Counted from the first letter of the stretch, positions 39,781 through 50,427 are shown. The stretch: DNA of 64,000 nucleotides from an uncultured Gammaproteobacteria bacterium (GCA_964629685.1 CAZVTT010000001.1:81877-145876); one strand, 5' to 3'. The notes: generated from the letters alone by a model not told the origin. Program-made: numbers and translations.

Positions 39781-42165
39781 TTATAATCTGGCACGTTGAC
39801 CGATTTCAGCCTCAACTAACTCCCGCGATCTACCATACTTCAATCGTGACAACTGAATTATAGCTTGAGCGATTTGCGGATTCTGCCGTGAAAGCACTGC
39901 ACTCATATCCTTCGTTAAATCCATACTAAACGGCTTTACGGGTTCATTCTTCACTGTCGTCTTAATATACGCGTTAAACTTGTCTATGTTAATTAAATCC
40001 GATTCATTAAACGTCGGCTGGAATTCATGCTGAAGGTAATTTGCGTCGGTTACGCCTACCCGGAATGATATTAGTGAACCCACGTTTCCGAACACGGCAT
40101 TCTTTACCTCTTCATCCATTTGACCGATAAACTGATTTGCCACCGTTAAATTCAGTCTGTATTTACGTGCCTCGGAGAGAATCTGAGCAAAATCCGGTGT
40201 CGCAAAGTTCTGAAATTCGTCAACATACAGGAAAAAATCCCGCCGCTTTTCTTCAGGAATTTCCTGACGTGAAAGTGCGGAAATCAAAATACGGGGCACG
40301 AGAATTAATCCCAGAAAATTGCTATTCTCTTCTCCTAAATTCCCTTTCGACAGATTGCATAACAATATTTTGCCTTCATCCATGGCATTCCGGAAATTAA
40401 ATGATGATTGTGATTGCCCGATAATATTACGCATTAATTTATTTGTAACAAATCGTCCGAATTTGGATACGATATAATCCAATACTTCCGACTTATGAAA
40501 GTCTGCCGTCTGGGCAATTTGATCAGTCCAATACCTCCGGATAATCGGATCCTGCACTTTGGGGAGTAATTCCTGTACGAATGCACTGTCGGTTAATACA
40601 CGGACAACTTCAATAAACGTATTACCGGGTTCACACATGACTGTTAACATGGCGTTTCTGACCGCATGTTCAAATCTGGGACCGATTATTCCGGTTTTTT
40701 GCGGATCGTACAGTTTATACATCAGTCCGACTATCGAAGTAACCACAAAATGTTTTTGCTCTTCACTGGTGGCTTCCAACATATTCAGACCCATTGGCCG
40801 TTCTGAATCGGATGGATCAAAATAAATAACGTCTTCAGCTCTCGAAGGTGGAACCCGCTTTAATACGTTATGGACCAAATCACCGTGGGGATCAATAACG
40901 CCGACTCCGTGACCGGCTTCAATATCCTGGGCAATCATTTCCTCCAATAGCTGGGACTTTCCGGTCCCGGTTTTTCCGATAATGTACATATGTCGGCGAC
41001 GATCATCTAATCCCAGGTATATCGGACGCTCCACTCCCCTATACCGGGATTTCCCGAGGAACAATCCCGAAGTAGGTATTTGCGACGGTGCCGGAGCTCG
41101 TTTTGCATTGAGCCAGTATATATGGGCTGTTTCAATAGATTTATTCGGTAAATGGAAAATACTGGCTAGTTCATCACTGTTCATAACACTATATTGCTGT
41201 AAGAACGGCAAATGAAAGCTGAAAATCGGAAAATACCGGTAAATAAAATCCATCATGAAAAACTGCTTAAACGGCATTTTTACTTTCCAGAATGTATTCG
41301 TTTCCGAAGAAAATTGTTCTAAGGCAGCAATAATATTTTCCAGGTGATTCTCCGCCATATGTTTGTCGTGCGACGATACGACAATACGAATAACGGTATT
41401 AAATCCCGGTTTATTTATTTTCTGTTCAACGGCTTCCAGTGATTTCTGATCCACTTTAAAACTGGCTTTTTCCGGATTGGCTTCATTCTTTTTCTGAACG
41501 GAAATATAGGAACGACCCTGAGACTTCCAGTGATGTCCCGCTGGCTGAACCAGTATTTGGATACAGGCAGCTTCTCCCGTCTGCATTTTTGCCAGTACGG
41601 AGGTGATGGTTGATAGTGCATCCGTGGGTAAATCACGATATACCCGCAGGGGGAAGTAATCGGAATACCGTAAACGCAGAGCCGCAAATGCAACTTTTCC
41701 CTGATCGGTAAAAAGATTGTATTCTTCCACTTCTTTTATTTCCGCTCCGGGGTATGCTCCGTGAATTTGTTTTTCTACCAGATCCATATATTTTCTGGGA
41801 AGCGAAACGTAAAACCGAATATCTTCTGGTCTGGCAACTATTTCAAAAGAAATATGTGGCTGGGGTTGCAGAAATGACAGAAATTCATGCTTATAAATAC
41901 TATGCAAACTTGCAAAAAGTTGCTCTGCAGCATCAATTTTTATTTCATTATCACGCGGAACGGCTACCTGCATCGTTACGAAATTCAACGAATCCTGTAA
42001 GCGGTCCCGGTATTTCCATAAAATAAAAATCACATATCCCAGTCCTGCCAGGCAGGCAACAAAAAACAGCATGAGAAACATGCTCAGAAGAATCATTTGA
42101 GCCTGGTAGATCAAATCCTGAACCGCTACCGGCATGGAACTAGTTGCTTGCGATAAGTTTTCCAT
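39781..42165 (-). CDS. VirB4/TraD/HerA-like P-loop ATPase (CPR type IV secretion-like)
   Basis: N-terminal TM, RRHMYIIGKTGTGKS, IDPHGD, LYVDEFQNF, SEARKY, ANQFIGQ. Confidence 0.88.
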   Translation of the reverse strand: MENLSQATSSMPVAVQDLIYQAQMILLSMFLMLFFVACLAGLGYVIFILWKYRDRLQDSLNFVTMQVAVPRDNEIKIDAAEQLFASLHSIYKHEFLSFLQPQPHISFEIVARPEDIRFYVSLPRKYMDLVEKQIHGAYPGAEIKEVEEYNLFTDQGKVAFAALRLRYSDYFPLRVYRDLPTDALSTITSVLAKMQTGEAACIQILVQPAGHHWKSQGRSYISVQKKNEANPEKASFKVDQKSLEAVEQKINKPGFNTVIRIVVSSHDKHMAENHLENIIAALEQFSSETNTFWKVKMPFKQFFMMDFIYRYFPIFSFHLPFLQQYSVMNSDELASIFHLPNKSIETAHIYWLNAKRAPAPSQIPTSGLFLGKSRYRGVERPIYLGLDDRRRHMYIIGKTGTGKSQLLEEMIAQDIEAGHGVGVIDPHGDLVHNVLKRVPPSRAEDVIYFDPSDSERPMGLNMLEATSEEQKHFVVTSIVGLMYKLYDPQKTGIIGPRFEHAVRNAMLTVMCEPGNTFIEVVRVLTDSAFVQELLPKVQDPIIRRYWTDQIAQTADFHKSEVLDYIVSKFGRFVTNKLMRNIIGQSQSSFNFRNAMDEGKILLCNLSKGNLGEENSNFLGLILVPRILISALSRQEIPEEKRRDFFLYVDEFQNFATPDFAQILSEARKYRLNLTVANQFIGQMDEEVKNAVFGNVGSLISFRVGVTDANYLQHEFQPTFNESDLINIDKFNAYIKTTVKNEPVKPFSMDLTKDMSAVLSRQNPQIAQAIIQLSRLKYGRSRELVEAEIGQRARL

Positions 42166-42592
42166 GAACAGATTTTACGCTTTTATGCACCTGTAATAGT
42201 CTCCGGGTACACCATTCAGCTAACCACCTGAACGAATTTTCGACACCGAGTTTGAGCCCGTCCGCTATCTGCTGATCGGTTAACGGAACCGGACCGGACT
42301 TTACGTTTTGGACAGGCACCGCATTGCCAACCGGGACCACGCCCATTTGTTGTACTGCCGGAGGCAACTCTACAGTAGGCTTCTCTACCCGTACCCCCAC
42401 TTCCGCAACTTCTTTAGGCAATTCCACTTCTTGCCCTACGGCCTTAAGTATTACTTCACTGGTAGCTAGCGACGCACCGCCGACAATTTCTTTATTTCCA
42501 CCACTAACACTAATCTGCGGAGGCAAATTTGCCTGATTAGCAGGAGCAGAAGTTTTTCCCGTCAGAGCGGGATCAGTGGGCAGATCAGTCAT
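42140..42592 (-). CDS. Hypothetical protein
   Basis: Overlaps the ATPase start; Pro-rich N-part, C-terminal SFRWLAEWCTRRL helix. Confidence 0.7.
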   Translation of the reverse strand: MTDLPTDPALTGKTSAPANQANLPPQISVSGGNKEIVGGASLATSEVILKAVGQEVELPKEVAEVGVRVEKPTVELPPAVQQMGVVPVGNAVPVQNVKSGPVPLTDQQIADGLKLGVENSFRWLAEWCTRRLLQVHKSVKSVHGKLIASN

Positions 42593-42645
42593 AGCGTAAT
42601 CATATCATAAATAAGCCGTTCAGCTTCAGGTATGTCGCGAATGTA

Positions 42646-44919
42646 TCAGGCTGCAGACACTATCGGAAATAGAGCAATAATACCACTTGACGGAAGCGTA
42701 GCCTTCGCTTTTATTCCTGCTGGTTTGTGTTGAAGTGTTGACCCTTTACCTTGCTCACGTTTCATATTTAAATACCAAATAATAGCCAGTAGTAACCATG
42801 GACGGCCTTCACCGTTCGGTTCTAATTCAGCTAGGTCACCATCCGGTAGTAGCTTTAGAACCTTGGAAGCACCGTGTACTTCCGCTGTACTGCGTTTGGC
42901 TGTAACTATCCGATCAAATTGACGCAATAGATTCCAAAACAACCAAACCTGATAAAACTTCCCCACCACAAACCATTCTTTAATTAACGTAATCTGTTGA
43001 AAATTTGCATGATCTTTCTGTAAGGAATCGAGCTCTGCACTCATCACCGTTTCCGTTTTCGCCAGCACGGTTGATATTGCAGATAACTCTTTTATTGCCG
43101 GTTCTAACAACGCAATTTGTAACCATTGATGTTCATCCACATGTTCCGGCAATACTGCCGCTACACCTTTCTGCATTTGTTCACCTACTGCTGTAGCCGG
43201 AATAACACTTTGCGGTTCCATTCGTGGTTGATCTTCCCTAATGTTACGCATAACCTGCTTAATGGGAATACGTAAGTGATCCTGCATCCGGGTTTTCAAA
43301 CCTTCCCATAATCCCGCCACACGCTCTTTAGCTTCATTAACATATTCGTGCACGTTTCGAAACATGCGACGAATTGGTGGAGAAATCTGTTTTTCAGTCT
43401 GTTTCCGCTCGGGAGGGGCGGGTGTCAATTCTATTTCACTTGCGATAACCAACGCACCCACAGCAAATACAGGCAACTCCTGCAATACCTCAGTCGACGG
43501 AGTTCCAGCAGATACAGCCATGAATGTATCGTGCGTATGCTCTCCCGCAATCCGCATCCGGGAAGCGGCTTCACGATAGACCTCAGACTTTCGTCCGTCA
43601 TGTACCTTGACCGTCACGAGAGGAGGAGGCTCCTCCGTTAATACCGATTGCGCCTGTCGGATACCTAAGGATTCACGTAATGACCGCTGAAGCGTTAACC
43701 ATCGTACGCGTAATCTCCGGGGAAGAATATCCCGAACCGATGTATTCCCCGACACTAACTGATGTAGTAACACCGGCTGCTGCTCCGAGGAGGGCACAAC
43801 CGGAAAATCAACCAATCCGGCGGATATCGGACGTATCGCCGGCTGAGCCTGTATATCCTTTTCAGGAGTACGACCAACGGCATTGGCTTCCGCAACTAGC
43901 GGTACGGATTTTCTGACGGCACCTGTCTTGGCAGTCGTAGATTCTTCACGCCTAACTTTTTTCCGCTGCTCATGGTACTTTTGAGTCTGTTGGTAATATC
44001 CTTTTTCCACTCCTACAACTCTGGATGTTCCGATATCCGAAGTGGATACTCTGAACACATCCGCTTCCTGAGAAGAAACCGGATAGTCTACTACTCCACC
44101 TCCGACATGCTCCTGTTCATTTTGGGGAAATGACGGTTGCTCAAATCTGACAATATTACCTCGGACAAACGCAGCCAATCCTTGCTGTACCGTTTCATTC
44201 GCGAGAATTTGCCTTTCAAATTCGACCACTAACGCAGCTACCTGTTCCTGCTGTGCTTGGATTACCTGAGGAAACCGATCTACATCATGTTTAATCCGCT
44301 CTAAATAAGGAGTTGCGGCTAATTTTGACGCTTCGGATTCGTAGCTCTGCTCGATGGCAGCAAATATATCGGTTATGCCTAACTGTCGCTCGTAAAATAA
44401 CGGTTTCGAAAAGTCTGTGGTATCTATCTGATCTTCACCCGTAGAAAGTGACCGTTGGGCTAATATCCGTTGTAACCGTTGAAGTTCACCTGTCGTTCCC
44501 TGATATTCAATCGCCAATGCCTGTACCCCGTCTCCCTGGTCCGTATATAAATAAATATAGCTTCGTCCGTAGCCTAAATCTTCGCTGATCACCACAGCTT
44601 GTTCAACGGTATCATCAGTAATCATTCTCTGCTCTGCTTCCATTACCCTAAATATTCTGTCACCGCCGACTTCGGATAAGTCCACCAGTTGCTCAAGTGT
44701 CTTCCCGCTATTCATCCACCGCCCTTCCGGTGAAAGCGTATATCCGAACGCCATGAGCGTTTTATGGTCGACAAATTCAGCCTGGTAGGTTACCGCATTT
44801 TCCGCAGCCGTTTTCGCCACTAACGTTAAATCACCGGTTTCTTCGTACCGCTCTTCAAGATAATCCTCTTCCCGCTTTGCCACATACCCGTGACCATCGG
44901 ACGCTTCAATAGCCGGCAT
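42646..44919 (-). CDS. Large hypothetical protein
   Basis: 757-aa ORF, acidic N-domain, low-complexity middle, C-terminal WLLLAIIWYLNMKREQG. Confidence 0.75.
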   Translation of the reverse strand: MPAIEASDGHGYVAKREEDYLEERYEETGDLTLVAKTAAENAVTYQAEFVDHKTLMAFGYTLSPEGRWMNSGKTLEQLVDLSEVGGDRIFRVMEAEQRMITDDTVEQAVVISEDLGYGRSYIYLYTDQGDGVQALAIEYQGTTGELQRLQRILAQRSLSTGEDQIDTTDFSKPLFYERQLGITDIFAAIEQSYESEASKLAATPYLERIKHDVDRFPQVIQAQQEQVAALVVEFERQILANETVQQGLAAFVRGNIVRFEQPSFPQNEQEHVGGGVVDYPVSSQEADVFRVSTSDIGTSRVVGVEKGYYQQTQKYHEQRKKVRREESTTAKTGAVRKSVPLVAEANAVGRTPEKDIQAQPAIRPISAGLVDFPVVPSSEQQPVLLHQLVSGNTSVRDILPRRLRVRWLTLQRSLRESLGIRQAQSVLTEEPPPLVTVKVHDGRKSEVYREAASRMRIAGEHTHDTFMAVSAGTPSTEVLQELPVFAVGALVIASEIELTPAPPERKQTEKQISPPIRRMFRNVHEYVNEAKERVAGLWEGLKTRMQDHLRIPIKQVMRNIREDQPRMEPQSVIPATAVGEQMQKGVAAVLPEHVDEHQWLQIALLEPAIKELSAISTVLAKTETVMSAELDSLQKDHANFQQITLIKEWFVVGKFYQVWLFWNLLRQFDRIVTAKRSTAEVHGASKVLKLLPDGDLAELEPNGEGRPWLLLAIIWYLNMKREQGKGSTLQHKPAGIKAKATLPSSGIIALFPIVSAA

Positions 44920-45490
44920 ATGATTTTAGCCGAATATATTCGGACTTAATTAATGTTGTTCTGGTAAATTTCTGCATACATATTTTTATCATTTCCGCTC
45001 CGGTAATAAATGCCGGTACTAAAACCATATTCCCCATTAACTGGTTGCGGAGAAACGGTAAACCATTAACAAAAGATAGGAGCAACCCCTGCCAAGTTCG
45101 TGGATACATTCCCCAACTATCCAGTAGCCAAACACCAAAATTCGTCCAGAGAAAAAACCATAAACTGATGCCGATGCCAGCCGCAAGAGAAAAACCAAAT
45201 TTACCCAAATAACGCTTCACCTTACTGGCCGGAAAACCAATTGCAAGGCCTGCCAATGCGTATGCAGACCATGTAAATAACGCAACGGAAGTATTTCCTA
45301 TAAACACATCACTGAATGCCATAACAAACAACGGAACAAGAACGGACCAACGCTTACCGCCATATACGGCTGCCAAAACAGTTACCGTAGTGACTAATTC
45401 GACATTCCAGCCTAAATCAAACCACAAACGTTCAGCTATGGCCATAACGACTACTGCACAAAGCAAAATATTACGGATTTGGTGATTCAT
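44906..45490 (-). CDS. Putative cobalamin transporter S-component-like membrane protein (DUF6580-like)
   Basis: About 6 TM; SD...FFLWTNFGVW...YPRTWQGL...GLPF motif; downstream of the B12 riboswitch. Confidence 0.7.
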   Translation of the reverse strand: MNHQIRNILLCAVVVMAIAERLWFDLGWNVELVTTVTVLAAVYGGKRWSVLVPLFVMAFSDVFIGNTSVALFTWSAYALAGLAIGFPASKVKRYLGKFGFSLAAGIGISLWFFLWTNFGVWLLDSWGMYPRTWQGLLLSFVNGLPFLRNQLMGNMVLVPAFITGAEMIKICMQKFTRTTLIKSEYIRLKSYAGY

Positions 45491-45902
45491 ATTTCCACTC
45501 CATTTGATCTCCTGCCTTAACCGGTTTTTTGTCTGCAGCAATATCTCCGGACTGTCCGTTCAGATAATAAATCCAAGCTTTTTGCGGTGTCGCACTATAG
45601 GTGCCAATCCTTTCAACAAAAACTCCGAAATCATATTGTTTGGTAATCAGTGCCAGTTGTTTTTCTTCAGCAGCTTTCTGCAGTGCGCTAAACACTGTAC
45701 CGGCGTCAGCAACCGTTACTGTCTCGGCCTGGTCAGGAGCAAATTCAATTCGCACGCCGACACCTTGTATTTCCTGAATCTGAGCTGGTGAATTCAGCAG
45801 TGTCGCGGATTTTACCGAATCACCGGTATATATTCTGTAGCCTATTTGAAGCACAAAGCCGACACATACGGCCAGAATAATTAACTTCTTGTACGATATC
45901 AT
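45471..45902 (-). CDS. DUF4430/transcobalamin-C-like B12-binding protein
   Basis: TM anchor; TVFSAL, YDFGVFVERIG, WIYYLNG...AAD....GD..EW; SD GGAGG before MISYKK. Confidence 0.8.
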   Translation of the reverse strand: MISYKKLIILAVCVGFVLQIGYRIYTGDSVKSATLLNSPAQIQEIQGVGVRIEFAPDQAETVTVADAGTVFSALQKAAEEKQLALITKQYDFGVFVERIGTYSATPQKAWIYYLNGQSGDIAADKKPVKAGDQMEWKYESPNP

Positions 45903-45920
45903 TTGCCTCCCGTTGCCCAT

Positions 45921-46100
45921 AAAAAAACCTTCTACTCCGAGAAGGTTAAGATACGAAAAAATATGATACGCCAATTCTTCCGTATAAATTCCTGCTCGGG
46001 ATAGGTACGAGTGAGGCGAGTTCCGGACTTTTCCGATATACTTCGGAATCACCGTTGCGGCACAGTGGCGGATTTTCACCGCCTTCCTTCATCCTCTCTC
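45921..46100 (-). ncRNA. Cobalamin riboswitch with intrinsic terminator
   Basis: AGGAAGGCGGTGAAAATCCGCCACTGTGCCGCAACGGT...AAGTCCGGAACTCGCC core; terminator AACCTTCT-CGGAGT-AGAAGGTTTTTTT. Confidence 0.9.
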
Positions 46101-46102
46101 TT

Positions 46103-46678
46103 TTATTTATTAATACGCCTGCGTGGTATTCTGAACCAATCTACATCTGCAACACCAGCATCACTATTTATAAACCGCGCGAGCTGAAAAAACAAGTCCG
46201 ATAATCTGTTTATATATTTGATTATCGCTTCCATCTGTGGTGGAGACAAATGAAAATCAGTTGGTTGCAGTTGGTAAAATGATACCACCCGCCGTTCTAC
46301 CCGCCTGCAAACTGACCTGGTTATATGCGTATATGCGGCAATGGTAGTGCCGCCCGGCAGGATAAAATTATTCAATTCCGGCAGCTTCTCTTCCATCGTG
46401 TCTATCCATACCTCCATGTCTTCCGCACAAACAGCTAATTGATGAACGTCACCACCCCATCCCGCCAATACTCCTCCGATAGTAAACAGATCAGACTGTA
46501 CGTCCTGCAAAAAGTTTCTTGTATCCTCATCCGTAATTTGTGACGCTACCAACCCTACCCAACTATTTAACTCATCAATCGATCCGTACACGTCAACCAA
46601 ATCATGTGACTTGGAAACCCGCTTGCCGCCAAAGAGTGATGTTTCTCCTTTATCTCCTGTTTTCGTATAGATTGGCAT
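46103..46678 (-). CDS. pduO: Cob(I)alamin adenosyltransferase, PduO type
   Basis: IYTKTGDKGETSL, YGSIDELNS, FILPGG, RRVER, NRLSD. Confidence 0.93.
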   Translation of the reverse strand: MPIYTKTGDKGETSLFGGKRVSKSHDLVDVYGSIDELNSWVGLVASQITDEDTRNFLQDVQSDLFTIGGVLAGWGGDVHQLAVCAEDMEVWIDTMEEKLPELNNFILPGGTTIAAYTHITRSVCRRVERRVVSFYQLQPTDFHLSPPQMEAIIKYINRLSDLFFQLARFINSDAGVADVDWFRIPRRRINK

Positions 46679-46690
46679 AATGGTTATTTT

Positions 46691-46978
46691 CTATTTTCGC
46701 TTCTCAACCAAGTGATAAGTTACAAACCCAATTGGCCCGAAGACTACTCCCAGAAGCGCCCAAACCATTGATTTACTTTCAGCATAAATCCAATACGCAA
46801 ACCCACTATGTGCCACAACCCGTAAAATGGCATTGCTTAACCCAATCAACCAATATTCTGCCGGTTGCGGATTAGCAGGTAATAATCCTATCGCAGGCAT
46901 GACGGGACCGACAATATACGGTAGTAAAAACAATCCGACTGCTATTGCTGCATAACGTTCAGTTTTTGTAAATTGCAT
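46691..46978 (-). CDS. Small membrane protein
   Basis: SD GAGGAGG; 3 hydrophobic segments. Confidence 0.65.
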   Translation of the reverse strand: MQFTKTERYAAIAVGLFLLPYIVGPVMPAIGLLPANPQPAEYWLIGLSNAILRVVAHSGFAYWIYAESKSMVWALLGVVFGPIGFVTYHLVEKRK

Positions 46979-47072
46979 ATTCCTCCTCACCCGTATTTGG
47001 GTTACTTAAGCGATATCACAAATTATATATAAATACAAAATGATTATCGCACATTTATTACTTTCCGTTTAC

Positions 47073-47100
47073 GAAAAAGGCCTGTTTCCAGGCCTTCTCC
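47073..47100 (-). terminator. Terminator after nrdJ
   Basis: GAAGGCCTG-GAAA-CAGGCCTTTTTC. Confidence 0.8.
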
Positions 47101-47122
47101 GACGAATAAAACGTGTTAAATT

Positions 47123-49564
47123 CTAACATTCACTATAACCACAGCTATAGCACTTCTTACAACTTTCCTCAAATACTAGACTGCTGTCTCCGCATGTAGG
47201 ACAAAGATCCACCGTCACCATTCTTTTCTCACTAACCGGTGAGGGAGCAACAAAAGCTAATTGCTGTGCGGGTGGATTGTCTGAGGTAACCGTTGCCGGC
47301 ACATCAGAAACGTGTGCGGTATGACCATTACCATGCCCGTTTGCCGCATGACCGTTTCCGGTATTCGGATGCGAGACGGTTTCAAATTTTGGTTTACCGA
47401 AAAATCCGAAATGCCTATCTATCACTTTCGCAACAGCGTCCGGCAAACTCCGCACCCGGTTTTCTCCGAATCCCAACGATCGCGCTCCGCCAATACCGAT
47501 TAACTCCGCGGCTACTTTTCTGGCTCTTTCCATTGGTGGAATCGGTGATGCCATTCTCATAATTAATGAGATAAGTCTTCCCATAGCTTCAGCCAAAGCA
47601 GTAACATCGCTTCCTGCCTTACCGACATTAATAAACATCTCCAGTGGTTGATTTCCACCGTTAGTGTTAATGGTAACGTAGGCTTGTCCCATGGGGGTTT
47701 CTACTTGATATGTAGAACCTTGCACGACCATAGGACGTGGTTTAACTTCCGGAAACGGTTGAATAGTGGGTTCAACTTTCTTCTCGTCTGCTTTCTTTTC
47801 TTCCATACGGGTCAGGACACCATCTCTGCTGCCTTCGCGCATATAGGCAATCCCTTTGCATCCCAATTCATAAGCCAACGTATATAGTCGTTTTACATCC
47901 TCAACAGTATGTGTTTTAGGAGCATTGACCGTTTTGCTGATCGACGCATCTACGTACTTCTGGATAGTCGCCTGTACATGCACGTGGTCTTCCGGGGTTA
48001 AATCATTTGCCGAAACAAACCAGGCTGGCCGCTCTTCCCGGGATGGCTCCCGACCATGCTCAGTTTTAAACTGGGTGTACCATATTTCGTACAGCGGATG
48101 ACGCAGGATATGCTCTCCCAACCTGTCACGACGGATAAATTCAAACTCATAGACCGGTTCTATCCCCGAAGATACTCCGGATAACAAAGACGTCGATCCG
48201 GTGGGGGCTTGTTGCAGAATTACGGAATTACGGACACCGTGCTTCTTCATTCTCTTCAGGACCGGTTCCGGCAACTGCTTTACAAAATACCCTTCCAAAT
48301 GCTTTTTTATATCTATCTTAGGGAATGGGCCTTTTTCTGCAGCGACGTCTACAGATGATTCGTATGCTGCATCTCTAATCGTCCGGTAAATTTTATCTAT
48401 TACCGGCAAACTTTCGGCAGAACCATACCGTAGCTTCATTTTTATAAGCGCATCTCCGAGTCCCATTGTTCCCAAACCAATACGTCGTTCACCTTCCATC
48501 TGAACTTTCCTGATTTCATCAAAGACATAGAAATCTCCGTCAATAACGTCGTCCTGAAAGCGTACGCCAATTTTTGCAATCTGCGCGAGTTGTTCATAAT
48601 CCATTTCACCCTTATCATTTACCAGTGCAGCCAAATTTATGGAACAAAGATTGCATACTCCCCAATTCGGCAGACCTTCTTCACCGCATGGATTTACACA
48701 ATTAATATATTCAAAATAATAATTGTTGAACCACTTGTTATACCGCTCCATGAAAACAACGCCCGGTTCGGCACTTTTCCAAGCCGCGGTTGCTATTAAA
48801 TCCCACAGTGCACGCGCTTTTATGGTTTTTTGAACAACTGGTTTTTTCCCCAAAGCAATCCAGTTGGGCATATATCCGTCCCATTTCGTATCGTAGTCAG
48901 GATCACTCACGTCCGGGAAAACCAAATCCCAGTCGCGGTCATATTTAACGGCTTCCATGAAGGCGTCAGAGACACATACGGACAAATTTGCCCCGTTAAT
49001 GCGGGCTAGATCCTGTTTTACCGTAATGAATTCTTCAACATCGGGGTGCCAATCCCAAAGCATCAACATTAAAGCTCCGCGACGGCTTCCGCCTTGTTGG
49101 ATAATATCCCTGGTTGCAACGGAGAATAACTCAGCCCAATTACAAGGCCCGGAAGAAAAACCGTTCACTTTTTTTACCCGAGCTCCACGCGGTCGTAAAC
49201 TGGATAAATTAATACCCACTCCTCCGCCACGGGACATAATTTCTACCATTTGTGAGAGTGTTTTTAAAATACCACCGCGGGAGTCATGGGGACTGGGAAT
49301 AACAAAACAGTTATAAAACGTCACTTTGTATCCCGTTCCGGCGCCGGACAAAATACGCCCACCAGGGATGAGCTTAAAGCCTTCCATGGCACCGTAAAAT
49401 TTTTCTTCCCAATCTTTACGTTGCTCTTTGGGTTCTAACTGGGCAACTGCATGGGCAACGCGACGCCACATTTCTTCCGGCGTTTGCTCAACGGGTTTTC
49501 CCGCTTCGTCTTTAAGAGCATAACGGTCCAAAAAAACCGTTTTGCGTATGCCTGTCAATTCCAT
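47123..49564 (-). CDS. nrdJ: Adenosylcobalamin-dependent (class II) ribonucleotide reductase
   Basis: NCFV, GGGVG, QGGSRRGA, NPCGE, CNL, APTGS; C-terminal TSCPD-like domain and zinc ribbon; no ATP cone. Confidence 0.95.
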   Translation of the reverse strand: MELTGIRKTVFLDRYALKDEAGKPVEQTPEEMWRRVAHAVAQLEPKEQRKDWEEKFYGAMEGFKLIPGGRILSGAGTGYKVTFYNCFVIPSPHDSRGGILKTLSQMVEIMSRGGGVGINLSSLRPRGARVKKVNGFSSGPCNWAELFSVATRDIIQQGGSRRGALMLMLWDWHPDVEEFITVKQDLARINGANLSVCVSDAFMEAVKYDRDWDLVFPDVSDPDYDTKWDGYMPNWIALGKKPVVQKTIKARALWDLIATAAWKSAEPGVVFMERYNKWFNNYYFEYINCVNPCGEEGLPNWGVCNLCSINLAALVNDKGEMDYEQLAQIAKIGVRFQDDVIDGDFYVFDEIRKVQMEGERRIGLGTMGLGDALIKMKLRYGSAESLPVIDKIYRTIRDAAYESSVDVAAEKGPFPKIDIKKHLEGYFVKQLPEPVLKRMKKHGVRNSVILQQAPTGSTSLLSGVSSGIEPVYEFEFIRRDRLGEHILRHPLYEIWYTQFKTEHGREPSREERPAWFVSANDLTPEDHVHVQATIQKYVDASISKTVNAPKTHTVEDVKRLYTLAYELGCKGIAYMREGSRDGVLTRMEEKKADEKKVEPTIQPFPEVKPRPMVVQGSTYQVETPMGQAYVTINTNGGNQPLEMFINVGKAGSDVTALAEAMGRLISLIMRMASPIPPMERARKVAAELIGIGGARSLGFGENRVRSLPDAVAKVIDRHFGFFGKPKFETVSHPNTGNGHAANGHGNGHTAHVSDVPATVTSDNPPAQQLAFVAPSPVSEKRMVTVDLCPTCGDSSLVFEESCKKCYSCGYSEC

Positions 49565-49632
49565 AGAACCTCCTTAATATAGAGTGTCATTAAGAGAATA
49601 ATGACTAACGTAATGTTCATACGAACAAAATT

Positions 49633-50079
49633 TTACAATAATTTCTTAACTTCCTTTTCAAAATCTTCTACATCTACGAACCGCCTAAAAACGCTGGCGA
49701 ATCGGATGTAAGCAATCTTATCAAGTTTCTTCAATCTTCTGGCTACCAAGTCACCTATTTTCTGACTCGTTATTTCCGTTGAGTCACCCGATATTAACTC
49801 TCGTTCCACTTCGTCTACAATCCGATCAACGTCTTCCGCTTTAATCGTCGTCTTTCCACTGGCTCTCCATATCCCCCGTTTCAATTTTTCTCTGTCAAAA
49901 GATTCTCTCCGTTGATCTTTTTTAATTACCGTTAACGGTACACTCTCAACCCTCTCGTAGGTAGTAAACCGTTTTTCACATTTAGGACAATGACGTCGAC
50001 GTCGGGTCACACTTAGATCTTCACTATCTCGTGTTTCAATTACTTCCGAATTTGAATAGTTACAATATGGACACTTCAT
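49633..50079 (-). CDS. nrdR: Transcriptional repressor NrdR
   Basis: MKCPYC...RRRRHCPKCEKRFTTYE, ATP cone, AYIRFASVFR. Confidence 0.97.
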   Translation of the reverse strand: MKCPYCNYSNSEVIETRDSEDLSVTRRRRHCPKCEKRFTTYERVESVPLTVIKKDQRRESFDREKLKRGIWRASGKTTIKAEDVDRIVDEVERELISGDSTEITSQKIGDLVARRLKKLDKIAYIRFASVFRRFVDVEDFEKEVKKLL

Positions 50080-50178
50080 CGTCGCAGTCTTCGTTGTTAA
50101 CCTTATCCAGATGTATCCGTACTTCCCTTTTGTATAATTTTAGTAGGATAGAACGCTCTTTTCCTTGTGAAAACTAAA

Positions 50179-50226
50179 ACGCTATATCTGGTGCCAACAC
50201 CAATCCTAAGACACTACCTGTCGGGG
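50179..50226. promoter_or_regulatory. Tandem NrdR boxes overlapping the nrdR-nrdJ promoter
   Basis: ACGCTATATCTGGTGC (50179) and ACACTACCTGTCGGGG (50211), 32 bp apart; minus-strand TTGACT at 50232-50227. Confidence 0.7.
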
Positions 50227-50427
50227 AGTCAACTACCAAGAACTAGATCAAACCTTGTCAGCAAAACACTCCAGCTTCAACATGCATCAACGTGAGGAAA
50301 AAGTACGGCAATTACTATTGCACTACAAAAAGAATTACTGCAGAAGCAACCGGTATATTACAAAAAGTACTCAATCCTGAGCTATTTACTCGGCAGATTG
50401 GTTGCAACGGACAGATCTAAGGACAGT

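Noticed and set aside
45903-46079. N-terminal extension of the DUF4430-like ORF
   Set aside because: It is the cobalamin riboswitch and its terminator
47123-49564. Intein or intron in nrdJ
   Set aside because: Continuous ORF of normal length without splicing motifs
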